Below are positions 42,601 through 53,500 of a DNA stretch of 56,729 bases, piece by piece; position 1 is the stretch's first letter, and every line of letters begins with the position of its first letter. Made by a program: the position numbers and the translations under genes. Source of the DNA: a virus (Duplodnaviria > Caudoviricetes); IMG/VR virus record IMGVR_UViG_3300031885_000016, positions 1 through 56,729 of that record. One strand, 5' to 3'. Below the pieces are notes generated by a model. It saw nothing but the letters and a program-made list of their open reading frames with translations, searched no databases and was not told the origin of the DNA.

Positions 42601-44169
42601 GCACTTATGCAGATTGGCATGGGGATTTTGAACTTCTTCCAGGGATTATTCACATTTGATTTCAGCAAAATGTGGAGCGGCTTGTTAAACGCTCTAAAGG
42701 GTGTAATAAAATATATTATAAATTCACTGATTGAACTGCCGGTAATGATTATTAATGGAGTTTTAGGAGCGGTGGCAGGTATCGCTGGTTATATGGGGTC
42801 GCTATTTGATGATGTAGGTGGAACACTTGGATCTATTTTGCAAGCAACGATGGCTGGTTATAAATTTATTGCAAATTTAGCCAACGCCTTAATTGACACA
42901 TTAGATGGTGTGTGGGAAGTATTGGTTGGAATTTTTACTTTAGACATGGACTCATTGCAATCTGGCATATCTAAAGTTCTTTTTTCCTTACCATCTATGC
43001 TATGGGGAACCGTTACAGGTGTTGCAGGATGGATTAAAGATATATTTATGGGAATTCCCATGTCAATTATAAATTCATTTAAATCTGTATTGATAGACTT
43101 TCCAAAATGGTTGTGGACTTCATTAATGAGTGGGATTACATCGTTAGCTAAAAATGATTGGATTGGTCCTATTTTCGAGCCATTTTTGGAAATATTGACG
43201 CCACTTAAAGAAGCCTTTGACGGACTATGGTCTGTGTTGGAAGAATTGTTTAGTGTAGTTGGAGAATTTTGGGGATCATTTGGTGCCCCTGGTACTTTTT
43301 CATGGATGGAAGTTCTGCAAACCACTGTCAAAGCTTTATCAACTGTTATAGGAGGATTCATTAGAATAGCCTTGTTACCATTAAGATTAATAGTTGGAGT
43401 AATTGCGACTAGTGTGACTATTTTCACTAGCATATTGCAGGCATTAGTGGATGGCATCAAAGGTTGGATTGAATATATAAGAAGCATACCAATTATTGGC
43501 AGTTATTTCAAAAGCGACGAAGAAGAGAAGCCTGCTGCAAAGGCTGTAAGCAATAGCACGTCTAGATATCAACAGCCAACAACATCATTGGTGCAAGAAG
43601 GCATTGCTAAAGGCGGTCCAGAATACTTAGCTAAAAATGCCAATAGTAGATTTGAATCCATGTCGGGATTAAACACAAATACAAATACGAATTCAATATC
43701 TAAATTTGATTCTAATGCTAATTCTATAGTGCCGCCAAGTTTGGATGAGATGAGATTGAGAACTGCAATTTCATCTGGGGCTCCTAGTGTGCCATTAGCA
43801 ATGAGAGATGAAATATCTACATCGACTTCATCTGCACAACCCACTCCCATGTATGATGTTCATACAAAGATGCAAAGAGAGCAAGCCGCCACCTTATCCG
43901 AGACTAAACGCAGCAGTGTTCCAGGCACATCTGAATTAGTTGCGATTAATGAAAATCAATTGAAATATTTAATTTTGATGCATGGTGATTTAGAAAAAGT
44001 CATCGATTTAATGACTCCTAGTGGAAACAGCAGTGGATTTAGCGATCAACAGCAATCGGCAAGTACTAAATCTAAAACAAAACCAGCAAATTCTACTAAT
44101 TTTCATCAATGGCAATTCGGAAAATACACACAAAACGCAAGCACTAATGTCGTTACTGATGGAAGGTAA
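39661..44169 (+). CDS. Tail tape measure protein
   Basis: 1502 aa, helical A/G/L-rich with amphipathic and hydrophobic repeats, directly upstream of baseplate genes. Confidence 0.85.
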   Translation: MSFEEDLLKPCGPAKGESIAALLKANNQFMEALTKVVEEFKDTFADSADQAEKMAKPVTDNARKQNKDRRAKGVGNATSKDIMQAAAQGAAHAMKLNGQLSGASGGGKGRNNVENSTVKIKTIGDGKADGTAYGHEFAHSVESALQMTLGNVVTGFIGGASAYQLIAKDMIEQEYEFAMGMNQIAYQTKSIANDAPGMQKAFKETSDVVRATGFDLTTYQHALLSATKRGLTDSQSIIKSGLNLGKMMGLNEQEASGIADQFANWNQHLGLDNLQIADVSRGIQDVSRATGLVGQNLLEVVKNSERFMNEMRSAGTLTASSAKNMMMLAANAKKLGVENQMGELMSGLSSGANLLLKTSKENQAMLMLGAQAGGVMKDAMNGTLTETQGGLKKLAKGYEQVFKNISGGIDIGDIDNLSAAKKSQLNIVVQSAFGMGLDDYKRVVDATKNSGRSLEETMMAIDTELGRNATAEEKLAAERKKQQTIMSKSFEFSSKLADAAKEAKTFDEAVDQMKKKMSPKAWQESMQDLSTVAGTFSKELKDKVLTGDTKAISEAMALSAGEALKNAKGKDFTSQIKKAINTKDMSKLRSLQEDMNKEQQKLGAEEITALDPMAKAAMELKVLNENLRSFTGPAIVALTSLVGSVGIIAAMLVAGVFNMGSLATYFDVFETGVQAILGKSVKQAASVSATVAAETAVGTVAKTGFSSMTGAMGVAAGGTGEAAVLGGAAAAEGGGLVAAASGAAAAEGGGLVAAASGTAAAMAPVAIALAVIAAAAGGVIGSLNAGAAAADLFGTSMEDVTLAQHYAAKAAGGVTGALNFLTLGIFNKWLGATGAATEALAKMYEKLPIMSAIFALFDVINGAIWGTVKAIWNVVAGIGELVYLVLEPFGALFSAIGDVVMAILSPLSAFSTKLSETGSLFQIVSDIIGGLGMSIRWALRILGKVVGFIIKVLISPIVAIIKGIAGLVSGFLKPVGRSLDALMQIGMGILNFFQGLFTFDFSKMWSGLLNALKGVIKYIINSLIELPVMIINGVLGAVAGIAGYMGSLFDDVGGTLGSILQATMAGYKFIANLANALIDTLDGVWEVLVGIFTLDMDSLQSGISKVLFSLPSMLWGTVTGVAGWIKDIFMGIPMSIINSFKSVLIDFPKWLWTSLMSGITSLAKNDWIGPIFEPFLEILTPLKEAFDGLWSVLEELFSVVGEFWGSFGAPGTFSWMEVLQTTVKALSTVIGGFIRIALLPLRLIVGVIATSVTIFTSILQALVDGIKGWIEYIRSIPIIGSYFKSDEEEKPAAKAVSNSTSRYQQPTTSLVQEGIAKGGPEYLAKNANSRFESMSGLNTNTNTNSISKFDSNANSIVPPSLDEMRLRTAISSGAPSVPLAMRDEISTSTSSAQPTPMYDVHTKMQREQAATLSETKRSSVPGTSELVAINENQLKYLILMHGDLEKVIDLMTPSGNSSGFSDQQQSASTKSKTKPANSTNFHQWQFGKYTQNASTNVVTDGR
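41837..41930 (+). repeat. 45-bp perfect tandem duplication in tape measure gene
   Basis: Encodes GAAAAEGGGLVAAAS x2. Confidence 0.95.
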
Positions 44170-44171
44170 TT

Positions 44172-44720
44172 ATGCCAAAAGCAACTACCCCTAGTGGGGA
44201 TTTAATAGATTTAAAAGAGTGTTATATTATTATACCAGTTGGAACAGGATTTCAAAAGTTCACATTGTCATCATTACCGGAAATTAGTGATAGCAAGAGT
44301 GCCGCTTATACGGATGAGCCCATTATTGGTCGGTCCTTTCCTCTAAAGACATATTCTCATTCAGAAAATCGTGTTATTAGTATGCAAATTCATTTATTTG
44401 TAAGACAAAAAGCGGATGTGTATTTTAATTTGCAAATTTTAAGAGCATTGCAGAGTTGTACTTATCCTAGAAACGATAAAACAGGAATTGGGGCACCTTA
44501 TATACCACCCCCCATTTGTCAAATTAAATGCGGAAGGTTATTGGGCGACATTTCTCTTTGCGTTGTGTTAAAATCTTACTCTGTTAAATATCCAACCGAT
44601 GTGCCTTGGGACGAAGATACATATACGCCTTGGAAATTTGATATAGATACTAATTGGGAAGTAGTTTATAAAAGCAGTGACCTGCCTGGGCAAGATAGAA
44701 TTTTACAATTAGGAGTATAA
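44172..44720 (+). CDS. Tail tube initiator / baseplate protein
   Basis: IIGRSFP..YSHS.NR and PPPIC motifs; position after tape measure. Confidence 0.65.
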   Translation: MPKATTPSGDLIDLKECYIIIPVGTGFQKFTLSSLPEISDSKSAAYTDEPIIGRSFPLKTYSHSENRVISMQIHLFVRQKADVYFNLQILRALQSCTYPRNDKTGIGAPYIPPPICQIKCGRLLGDISLCVVLKSYSVKYPTDVPWDEDTYTPWKFDIDTNWEVVYKSSDLPGQDRILQLGV

Positions 44721-45052
44721 TGGCAAATTTTATAGAAGCGGCAAAGATATTGCCAACTAGATTCGTTAGTGCTTTGAGTCGTTATGCAAATTCTACAGTT
44801 GTTTATTATCACATAGGCAATCAAAAGAAAATTACTTTCACAACATATAAAAAAAGCGTCTCTAACAAGGCGAAAGAGGGCGATAATTACACAGTGGTTC
44901 CTCCTGGCATGGCTTATAGACCAGATTTGGTATCACAAAGCATATATGGGACAACTGATTTTTGGTGGAAAATCATGGAAGCCAATAATATTAAAGATAT
45001 TTATGATTTCAAAGCAGGTACCAATCTAAGGTTACCCGGCAATGTGTTTTAA
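44720..45052 (+). CDS. Baseplate wedge LysM-like protein (T4 gp53-like)
   Basis: RPDLVSQSIYGTTDFWWKIMEANNI...GTNLRLP. Confidence 0.8.
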   Translation: MANFIEAAKILPTRFVSALSRYANSTVVYYHIGNQKKITFTTYKKSVSNKAKEGDNYTVVPPGMAYRPDLVSQSIYGTTDFWWKIMEANNIKDIYDFKAGTNLRLPGNVF

Positions 45053-45060
45053 GGAGAAAT

Positions 45061-46521
45061 ATGCCCTGTTTAGTTGGATGTGAAGCTGATTTTTTTTGTG
45101 GAATGATAAACAAAACTGTTAACGGTGATAGCGTTGCACCCTATGCCAAACTTTTCTTTGGCGATCCAGAAAATCCAGATATTACGGTCGGGAATAATTC
45201 AGCACCAGCTTGGAATAATACTGCAATTATCAAATCGCTTCAGATAGGGGCCTCAGATGGTGCGGGAGTACGTGTAGAGGTATTAGATGAATTAGGGGGT
45301 TCCTTTCATTTATTTGTGGAGAAGATATCCAAATGTATGGAACGGACTAAAGATGAATCAATAATGGGAGTTGAATGGGGATGGATTGTTTCAAATTGCG
45401 ACGGTAGCAATTATGTTGTTCGATCCCCCAAAGTATATTTTTTGCCCATTCATCTAGAGGTCAATATGGCTGATGGGAAAATTAAATTTGTTATTGAAGG
45501 TGCAGATTCCATGCAGGCGGTATTTGCGGCCCGACATGATGATATTGAAGGAGACGATAAATTAAAAGTGTCATTGAAGGCGGCGATTATAGCCTTGGCA
45601 AATAAAAAATCCCCTAAGTTCACTGTTGACTTTTTAAGGAAAGAAAAAAATGGAACACTAACCACCTTTGGCTTCAAAGAAGGTAAAAATGGCATGGGGC
45701 CAGAAGATGTTTGGGACTGCGATGGCCAGCATAAACTGGCAACGATTCAGAAATGGATAGAACCATTTAGAACAGATAGAAATAAAGGAATAATTTCAAT
45801 GTGGGATGCATCCGAACCTGGGAACCCTAGATTGATTCTAATGGAAGACCCACAAAGTGATTGTGATGAAGGAGAATCACCATGTTCATCCAGTTTAGGC
45901 ACATATATAGTAAATGGTGGAAATTGTAGTCCAGTAATAAGCTTTAATCCAACAATTAATTTTGTTGAGGGATTTGCCCATCTAACAACAGGAGGTAATT
46001 CAGGTGGTGCGGGTAGTGGCGAAACAGTAAAATCTGAAAAAAAATGCATATCGGCTCAAGACACGCAAACTGGTATTTTGCAAAGCATCCCAGTAACCAA
46101 AAACGCTTGGAATGCTTTTGGACCTAAAAACTCCACCAAAGAAAGCATGAAAGGACAAGCAGCACATATTAGAGCAAATTTAGCACAAAAAGAAATCAAG
46201 GCAGAACTACGTATCCAAGGCGATGTAAGAGAAGAATTCGTACATCCAAAACTAATGAAAGATAAATTCGTCTCATTGATAGTAATAAATCCATATCACA
46301 TTTTTGGCGAGGATTGTGGTGATTGGTTGGCCCAACCTGGATGTAACGAAATATTAAGCAATAGAAGTTGGAGAGTAATGGGTTGTGATCACATGATCAA
46401 AGAAGGCTCTTTTGTGACCACGTTGCAATTACAATTGTTCACACCTGGGTTAACAGGCGATTCAGGCGCTCCTTTTGGTGGACCTGGATCGGGTGGATAT
46501 GTGCCCACAAATACTTGTTAG
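45061..46521 (+). CDS. Putative baseplate hub protein
   Basis: Synteny; C-terminal ELRIQGD...WRVMGCDHMIKEGSFVTTL. Confidence 0.6.
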   Translation: MPCLVGCEADFFCGMINKTVNGDSVAPYAKLFFGDPENPDITVGNNSAPAWNNTAIIKSLQIGASDGAGVRVEVLDELGGSFHLFVEKISKCMERTKDESIMGVEWGWIVSNCDGSNYVVRSPKVYFLPIHLEVNMADGKIKFVIEGADSMQAVFAARHDDIEGDDKLKVSLKAAIIALANKKSPKFTVDFLRKEKNGTLTTFGFKEGKNGMGPEDVWDCDGQHKLATIQKWIEPFRTDRNKGIISMWDASEPGNPRLILMEDPQSDCDEGESPCSSSLGTYIVNGGNCSPVISFNPTINFVEGFAHLTTGGNSGGAGSGETVKSEKKCISAQDTQTGILQSIPVTKNAWNAFGPKNSTKESMKGQAAHIRANLAQKEIKAELRIQGDVREEFVHPKLMKDKFVSLIVINPYHIFGEDCGDWLAQPGCNEILSNRSWRVMGCDHMIKEGSFVTTLQLQLFTPGLTGDSGAPFGGPGSGGYVPTNTC

Positions 46522-46528
46522 GAGATAA

Positions 46529-48520
46529 ATGCCAGACGCAAAATTACCAGATAAAATTGATACAATTGATTTAAGAGTTAAAGTTCTAGAAAATAGATTT
46601 CATGAATTGGGGTATGATATGACCTCATTAGTGCAATCTGAGGTCAAAAAACGATGGAAGATACCAGCACAATCAGAAACCCATTTTGGTTTGTTTACCG
46701 CTCTTTGCATTGATACCATTGATCCTTGGAAACAAAACAGGGTTAGATTTTTTAGTCCATTATTTCACAAGCCAGACACCCCCATTAAATCATTGCCATT
46801 TGCCAATCCGATTTCATCGGCTGGTGGTTTCGATGATTGTGGTATGAGTTGGGTGCCTCCTGCTGGCTCCACTTTATGCATCGTATTCGAAAACGGCAGC
46901 AGACAATCTCCATATTACATTGGCACTACATGGCATCGAAATCGTGGGCCAGATGGCCAGCATAACTGGAATTACAACATTGATGAGTATTATCAAATTC
47001 ATGAGGGACACAGAAAAGGCTATTTGGTCGGTCCTAATGATGGTTCCGAAGTATTCCCTCCTTGGAACAAGGAGAGTTACAATGGGTTTGATATAGATTC
47101 TATTGCCGATTTTGAAAATGATCCAGAAGCACAAAGAAAAATTACATATGCTAATATTTATGGATTCAAGACGCCACAAAAACACATGATTAAAATGGTA
47201 GATGGCGACTACAAATGTAATCATAAAAATAAAAGATTTGAAATACAAAGTAGTTGTGGCAACTACATGATTTTCAAAGATGACAAAATGCATGAATCCG
47301 GCAGTTGGGGCCATCCTAGTTGTGGTGCCAGTGGTCCTGAAATTACTTGTACAGATGAAAATGGAGATCCTGTAGAGAAAACAGATTGTGGAAATCAAGG
47401 CACTATTCAGCGTAAAGCATCTAATCCTTATTTTGCACAACAAAGTGAGTGTCGTCCTATTCAAGGACCAGGAACACCGCAAAATAACAAGCTTGACCTC
47501 AAGCAAAGCGGCATTCAAATTCTCACGCTATCTGGTCAGACAATTATCATGGACGACTCGGTAGATCAGCCACAAGGTAGTCCTGATTGGGAAAGCTCAA
47601 TAAAGCCATTTGATTTTGGTTGCAATGATACATTTAAAGGAAAAATCAAATTCATGACTGCCACTGGTCATGCGATTGAAATGAGTGATGTGGAAGAAGG
47701 CAAGGGTTTAAGAGGGGAAGAAAATTTCATTCGATTGAAGACAGCAACTGGCATTTTATTCGAAATGAATGATCATACAGTAGGACCAACTGACTGCCCT
47801 GGATCTCCTCCTAATTTAGCGGGAGCCAAACGTGGTTTTACCATGAGAAGTTCTAGCAATCATACATTTGAAATGATTGACGAAGACAACGAACAAAGTT
47901 CTCCATGTCGCAAAGAAGGTGGAGTGCCTGTTGCCAAGGCTAAAAAAGCTTTTATTAGGGCTCGGACTGGTTATGGATTAGAAATTTTGATGAAGGACGA
48001 TTCCTCTCAAGAGGAGACGCAACAACAGCACATTCAGATTTTTTGCCCACAAAAGGACAATGAAGAACGTGGTCCTCATATTTTGCGATTACAAGAGGCT
48101 CCTGATGGTCCTGGCATGGTATTTTTACGAGTTGGTGGCAACTATATATGTTCTACTTATGACAACCATTATACTATAGTTGGCGATAAGGAGAAAAACC
48201 CAACAAATAAAATTACAGTTGTCAGCAAACATACTATAATTGATACAGATAAGTTTTATGTTAATATTGCAGAAATACATGCCTTTATTGCTGATGAAAT
48301 TATCTTGTTGATGGCGGGGAAAGATTGCAAACCAGAAAATTGGGATGGCAGTCCTGATAGTTGCGTTGCATGTGTATGGCCAGTCGTTTGTTTAAGTCCT
48401 AAGGGGCTTACTATTAGTGATCGAGTGTTTGTCTCTGCATCTAAAGATGCTGCTTGTGCCGACATTTCGCAATTGACACCATTCCATGAATGCGAACCTT
48501 TTGAGGGTTGCCCAACATAA
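46529..48520 (+). CDS. Baseplate spike (gp5/VgrG OB-fold)
   Basis: DPWKQNRVRF...VPPAGSTLCIVFENG...PYYIG; repeated T.SG..IEM.D beta units. Confidence 0.8.
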   Translation: MPDAKLPDKIDTIDLRVKVLENRFHELGYDMTSLVQSEVKKRWKIPAQSETHFGLFTALCIDTIDPWKQNRVRFFSPLFHKPDTPIKSLPFANPISSAGGFDDCGMSWVPPAGSTLCIVFENGSRQSPYYIGTTWHRNRGPDGQHNWNYNIDEYYQIHEGHRKGYLVGPNDGSEVFPPWNKESYNGFDIDSIADFENDPEAQRKITYANIYGFKTPQKHMIKMVDGDYKCNHKNKRFEIQSSCGNYMIFKDDKMHESGSWGHPSCGASGPEITCTDENGDPVEKTDCGNQGTIQRKASNPYFAQQSECRPIQGPGTPQNNKLDLKQSGIQILTLSGQTIIMDDSVDQPQGSPDWESSIKPFDFGCNDTFKGKIKFMTATGHAIEMSDVEEGKGLRGEENFIRLKTATGILFEMNDHTVGPTDCPGSPPNLAGAKRGFTMRSSSNHTFEMIDEDNEQSSPCRKEGGVPVAKAKKAFIRARTGYGLEILMKDDSSQEETQQQHIQIFCPQKDNEERGPHILRLQEAPDGPGMVFLRVGGNYICSTYDNHYTIVGDKEKNPTNKITVVSKHTIIDTDKFYVNIAEIHAFIADEIILLMAGKDCKPENWDGSPDSCVACVWPVVCLSPKGLTISDRVFVSASKDAACADISQLTPFHECEPFEGCPT

Positions 48521-48528
48521 GGAATAAG

Positions 48529-48957
48529 ATGGCAGAATTTTTAGGGGCACCATATCCCATTATCTCAACTTCGAGAGGATTGTTAGCAACCCAAAGCAAT
48601 ATAAATCAAATTAAGTCAGATTTATTATGTTTGTTGTTAACAAATCCAGGCGAAAGAGTAATGTTGCCTACTTTTGGCACGCCATTAAGACAATTAGTAT
48701 TTGAACAAAATGATAGCATTTTAGTTCAAACAGCAACAGATATGATAAGCACTGCCATTAAGACATGGGAACCGAGAGTTACCATAGAACAAATCAACAT
48801 AAATGTTGGTGCAGACAATATAAATTTAAACTCTAGCGATTTACAGCAAGATTTAGAACACATTTTATCAATTCAGATCGTGTTTTTTGATCCTGAAAAT
48901 ATAAAAAGTCTTCAATCTTTGACGCTAGAAGTTCCATTGGCCACACAAGGAGCATAA
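48529..48957 (+). CDS. Baseplate wedge gp25-like protein
   Basis: LLLTNPGERVMLPTFGT...WEPRV. Confidence 0.9.
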   Translation: MAEFLGAPYPIISTSRGLLATQSNINQIKSDLLCLLLTNPGERVMLPTFGTPLRQLVFEQNDSILVQTATDMISTAIKTWEPRVTIEQININVGADNINLNSSDLQQDLEHILSIQIVFFDPENIKSLQSLTLEVPLATQGA

Positions 48958-48960
48958 TAG

Positions 48961-50538
48961 ATGAATAGTGACTCTTGTCCTATCGACACAAAACCGTTTT
49001 CTCAATCACAAGATGCCAGAAATCCTTTGATTTTTAATCTTAATTATACCAATCAAGATTTTTGGTCTATGAAGACAAGACTTGTTGATTTTATAAAAGA
49101 AAGATTTGGAACTAGTGGCACAGTGATGCCAAATACTTTCAATGATTTCGTTGAATCATCAATAGCAATTATGCTTATTGAAAACTGGGCATTTTTAGCA
49201 GACACACTTTCATTTAAAATGGATCAAATTGTCAATGAATTGTTCATTGATACAGTAACAGAAGTGGAAAATGCTTTTCGATTGGCCAAAGGTTTTGGAT
49301 TTCAGCCAACCCCACCAATCGCAGCGACATCTAAATGGATAGCACAAATAAATAACATTTTATCAACCGATGTAAGCATTCCAACACCAATTAGCATTGA
49401 TATTCCATCTGTTGGAAATCCCACAAGTATAGAATTATTCGCTGCCGATAATAATGGTCAACCACTTTTTGATCAAGACATAATTATTCCCGCTGGTTCT
49501 AAATTCAATAAAAGCATTGTAGGCATAGAAGGCAGAACAATTAATGAGGAGTTTTCTGGTAACGGTCAAGTCGCTCAAACATTGCCACTTTCTTACCAAC
49601 CAGTAATTTATGATTCCATAAGAGTTAGTGTGGATGGCACAATTTGGGATCGAGTTGAGTATTTTACCGATTCACAGCCAAGAAGAGAATATCGTGTTGA
49701 ATTTAATTCTAATTACCAAGGTTTTGTTATGTTTGGAAACAACAGAACCGGAATGATTCCTTCGAATGGTTCTAGAGTACAAGTGACTTATAGAACAGGC
49801 GGGGGGACAGTGGGCAATATAGTAACCGGCTATGTGAAAACTCAAAAACAAGTAGTTGTTGAGGGTTTAGATTTTACAGTGCCAATTACTTATTCTAATT
49901 ATACTGCTGGCATGTATGGTTATGCTGGTGATGGATTAGATGAGATAAGAAGGAAGCTGCCAAGATGGATTCAAACCCAAAACAGGGCAGTAACTGGCAC
50001 TGATTACAAGACGTTAACCGATCAATTTGTTACGCCATATTTCGGCCAAGTTGGAAAATCAACTGCGGCTCTGCGAAATTATGGTTGTGCAGGCAATATT
50101 GTAGATTTATACATATTGGCGGCTGATGGCACATCGACAGGCGTCACAACTGCTAGCAATGAATTGAAAACCGCATTAATCACTGAATTGAATACAAAAA
50201 AAATGGTTACTGATTTTGTTTGTGTGCGAGATGGGGTAATATTGTCTGTGGATGTAACCATTGACGTATCTCTAGATAAATTTCATAGAAAGTTCGAATC
50301 GGAAATTAAAGACAATATCTTAAGAAGAGCCAGTGCCTTCTTTGCTTTGAACAATTGGGATTATAATCAAATTTTAAGAGATACAGATTTAATTAAAGCT
50401 TTATCGGACATCAAGGAAATACAAAGTTTCCAAGTTACGTTTGTGACAAATGATGGAGATAGCGGCACAATAGTGATCCCAAGATTCAATGAAATTGTCA
50501 GACCAGATATAATTACTACTGCGTTAATGTATAACTAA
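48961..50538 (+). CDS. Baseplate wedge gp6/J-like protein
   Basis: NYTNQDF, FGNNRTGMIP, YRTGGGTVGN, QNRAVTGTDY. Confidence 0.85.
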   Translation: MNSDSCPIDTKPFSQSQDARNPLIFNLNYTNQDFWSMKTRLVDFIKERFGTSGTVMPNTFNDFVESSIAIMLIENWAFLADTLSFKMDQIVNELFIDTVTEVENAFRLAKGFGFQPTPPIAATSKWIAQINNILSTDVSIPTPISIDIPSVGNPTSIELFAADNNGQPLFDQDIIIPAGSKFNKSIVGIEGRTINEEFSGNGQVAQTLPLSYQPVIYDSIRVSVDGTIWDRVEYFTDSQPRREYRVEFNSNYQGFVMFGNNRTGMIPSNGSRVQVTYRTGGGTVGNIVTGYVKTQKQVVVEGLDFTVPITYSNYTAGMYGYAGDGLDEIRRKLPRWIQTQNRAVTGTDYKTLTDQFVTPYFGQVGKSTAALRNYGCAGNIVDLYILAADGTSTGVTTASNELKTALITELNTKKMVTDFVCVRDGVILSVDVTIDVSLDKFHRKFESEIKDNILRRASAFFALNNWDYNQILRDTDLIKALSDIKEIQSFQVTFVTNDGDSGTIVIPRFNEIVRPDIITTALMYN

Positions 50539-50545
50539 GGGAAAA

Positions 50546-53500
50546 ATGCCAATAAAAAGACTTGATGAAAACCCTACGATTAGCGATGACATCGTTATTT
50601 CTATTGAAACGCCTGATGCCGAAGGTTGTTTGTCTAGCAATCCATACAAAGTAGATCGTGTAGTAATATACTATGTGCAAAGAGATTATACTGGGAACAA
50701 TTATTCCAAATATGACAAAAAGTTCATTAACGAAGACATCAAAACTCAATTAGACGCCGCTATTGCCAAGGCTTGTGATACACCATCAGCAGATAATCTT
50801 GCTGATGTAGAACGATTAAGTGCCACACTGGATAGCTCTACTTTAACTGAGACTTTTTATTATACAGATGCCAAAACCGTGGCCATATTCGGGGACGATG
50901 CAAATCCAGCATGGCTCTCTACAGAATCCATTGCTGGCAATAATCGATTGGTAAACGTATCAGAAGATGAAGACGGCAATGCACAATTTGGAATATTTGA
51001 GCTAGATTGGAGTCCTGTTGGGTTAAGGGAAGGGGATTATTTTGTTTGTTGGACATGGAAACCAAATCCATCTGGTGACAGCCTTTCTGAAATTAAACAT
51101 TTCACATTGCAGGGCAGCACGCAAGTCACGACCAGCATTCCATCGCATTTTACAGATCCTGATAAATACGACACCCTTATGGAGCGATATTTACCAGAAA
51201 TGTTCAAAACGCACTTAGGCACATCTGATTTGACTCCAGAAGTCTTACAAGAGTTCAACAAGGCTGTTGGAAAAGGGTTTTCTTTTTTAGAAGACATGAC
51301 AAATCAAATTGTAGATTTAATAGATGCCAATGCAACGGGCGAAGCATTTCTTCCTTTGTTGGCAGATTTATATAGATTGAAGCTCAAATCTGGTGATCCT
51401 ACTTTGTGGCGAAGACAAATAAAAAATGCCATACCTTTGTATAAGAAAAAGGGAACTTATAGTGGTCTTAGTGAGGCTCTTGATCAAATAGGTGTGAAAC
51501 TGACAAGGTTTGCAAGGTTGTGGCAAGTTGTTTCAAAATACACCTATCAAGAAGTATTTGTTGTAGATCAAGAAGATTTTTTCATTTTGTCTAAAAAAGC
51601 CATTTTGCCAATAGACACAGATAATTTTGAACTATATCACAGACCAGTTGGCGAAACGAGTTGGACCACTTTGGATTCGACGTATGTTGAATTAGACGAT
51701 TATGAAGAAACCACGGTTATGACATGGGTTGATTCCAATCCTTTGTTACAAGGGGATGAAATTAGAGTTGTTTATCAAATAACTACTGTGCCATCTGTCG
51801 GCGAACAAACCATAGAAGATTACATAAGAGTTTTACCCTTGGCCGATCAAAGAGATGAATTGGAGCATGAGTATCCTTTGAAAAATTGGAATGTGCGTGT
51901 TATCGAAGAAGATGATCCTTTGATTGATATGGTTATTACCACTCGTCATCCTTATTATAATTCAATTATGTATGGAAAGATTAGAACGGAGTTTCCATAT
52001 AGCGAAAACATTTATAACATGGAAGAATACAACGGTAGCACAAGGGACTCCTATGATCCTTGTGATATAGATAAAGATTTCATCGATCAATGTTCGTCTT
52101 GCTTGGGCAGCAAATTTGTAGTTGATCTGGAAATCGAAAAGTTATCTCATGATAGGATCTTGGAGGCTCAGGATACAATTGAGGGGTTTGTGCCATTTCA
52201 TTCAATTTTGCACTCACTAAATTTAACTGGCAGTCACAATGAATTAATTCAATCTCCAGTAGAGGAATTGGATATTCTAATTCAGTTTGTTAATGGGGAA
52301 TTTGCTATCGCCGGAAATGCCCAAACTATTTTCAACAGAAGTATGGAACAAGGCGAAGAATTCAAAAGAGATGAACTGACTAATATGACAACGGCAGTTA
52401 GCTCTGGAAGTGGCAGTGGCTACAATGAAAATATAGTTTTGTATGCTCCAGTAAACCAATTGGATCGTTTGCCATTAGACACAGATCCAGATTATAATTA
52501 TTTAGAAGTTTTAAGTCCATCTATAAATGCTGGTGTATATTCCCTGCAAGATGCTATGCAAAATCATGCTACAATTGTGGGCTCTCCTACAGAACCATTA
52601 GATCAAAGTGCATTTACATTTAGATTGTCAAACGAAAGACTTTCACAGAGTGTTGCTAATATTTATCAAGACGACGTATTCAAATTACAAGATGCCAATG
52701 TAGATTTTTGGAAGCTTGCAATTAAGACTCAGTGGGATGTGGCCAATAATGTTGATCCTGTGTATACAGGAGATCCTTGGACTATTACTATAGCAGCATA
52801 TAGTGATACATATGAAATTATAAATATTTTGACCGATGGATCTTTATTATTGTATGATCCCTCTAAAACCTTGCCGACATCAAACACCAATAATATAAAC
52901 TACATCCTTAAAACGGATTTGGGGGACATTGTTCATAGCGGTACAACTGGTGCTTTGAAGGTTAAAAGACGAGGTTTGGTAGATTTGGGAGTCAGCGTTG
53001 ACATTCGAGGAAACACTGTAACGCTAAGTGATGTTAGAGAGCTTTTAGATTCATATCATGGAAACGGTCAAAATCATTATATTAAATATGATGGATCTCA
53101 GTATGCTTTTGATGGATTTGTAGACGGAGAAACATCGCAGATTTACATTGCAGATTATACTGATGGGGATGTGGCTGGAACTTCTATTAAGCTTTATCAG
53201 AGAATTGTGGATAACGCTAAGGGTTACTTTGCTTATCAGGGCATTAAATTAATCACGGTTGACAATTATGAGACAGATCTTGGAATTTGCAATGGTGAAA
53301 ATGCCGGGGCTTTATTTCCTGCTATGGATGCTAGCGGGCACAGTTACACTTTGCAGCTAGAAAACAATACATTTTACCAGAATTATATTGTATTGATAAA
53401 TACTAATTACTATGCTATTTCTAAGATCGATAACAATGTTATTTGGTTGTTAGGACCAGATCAAAATTGGACTACTTTAGGAACAGCACTGACGTTTGAT

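Noticed and set aside
39946-43850. Long antisense ORFs within the tape measure gene (e.g. 41382-42044, 42858-43487)
   Set aside because: They are explained by the low stop frequency opposite Ala/Gly/Ile-rich codons.
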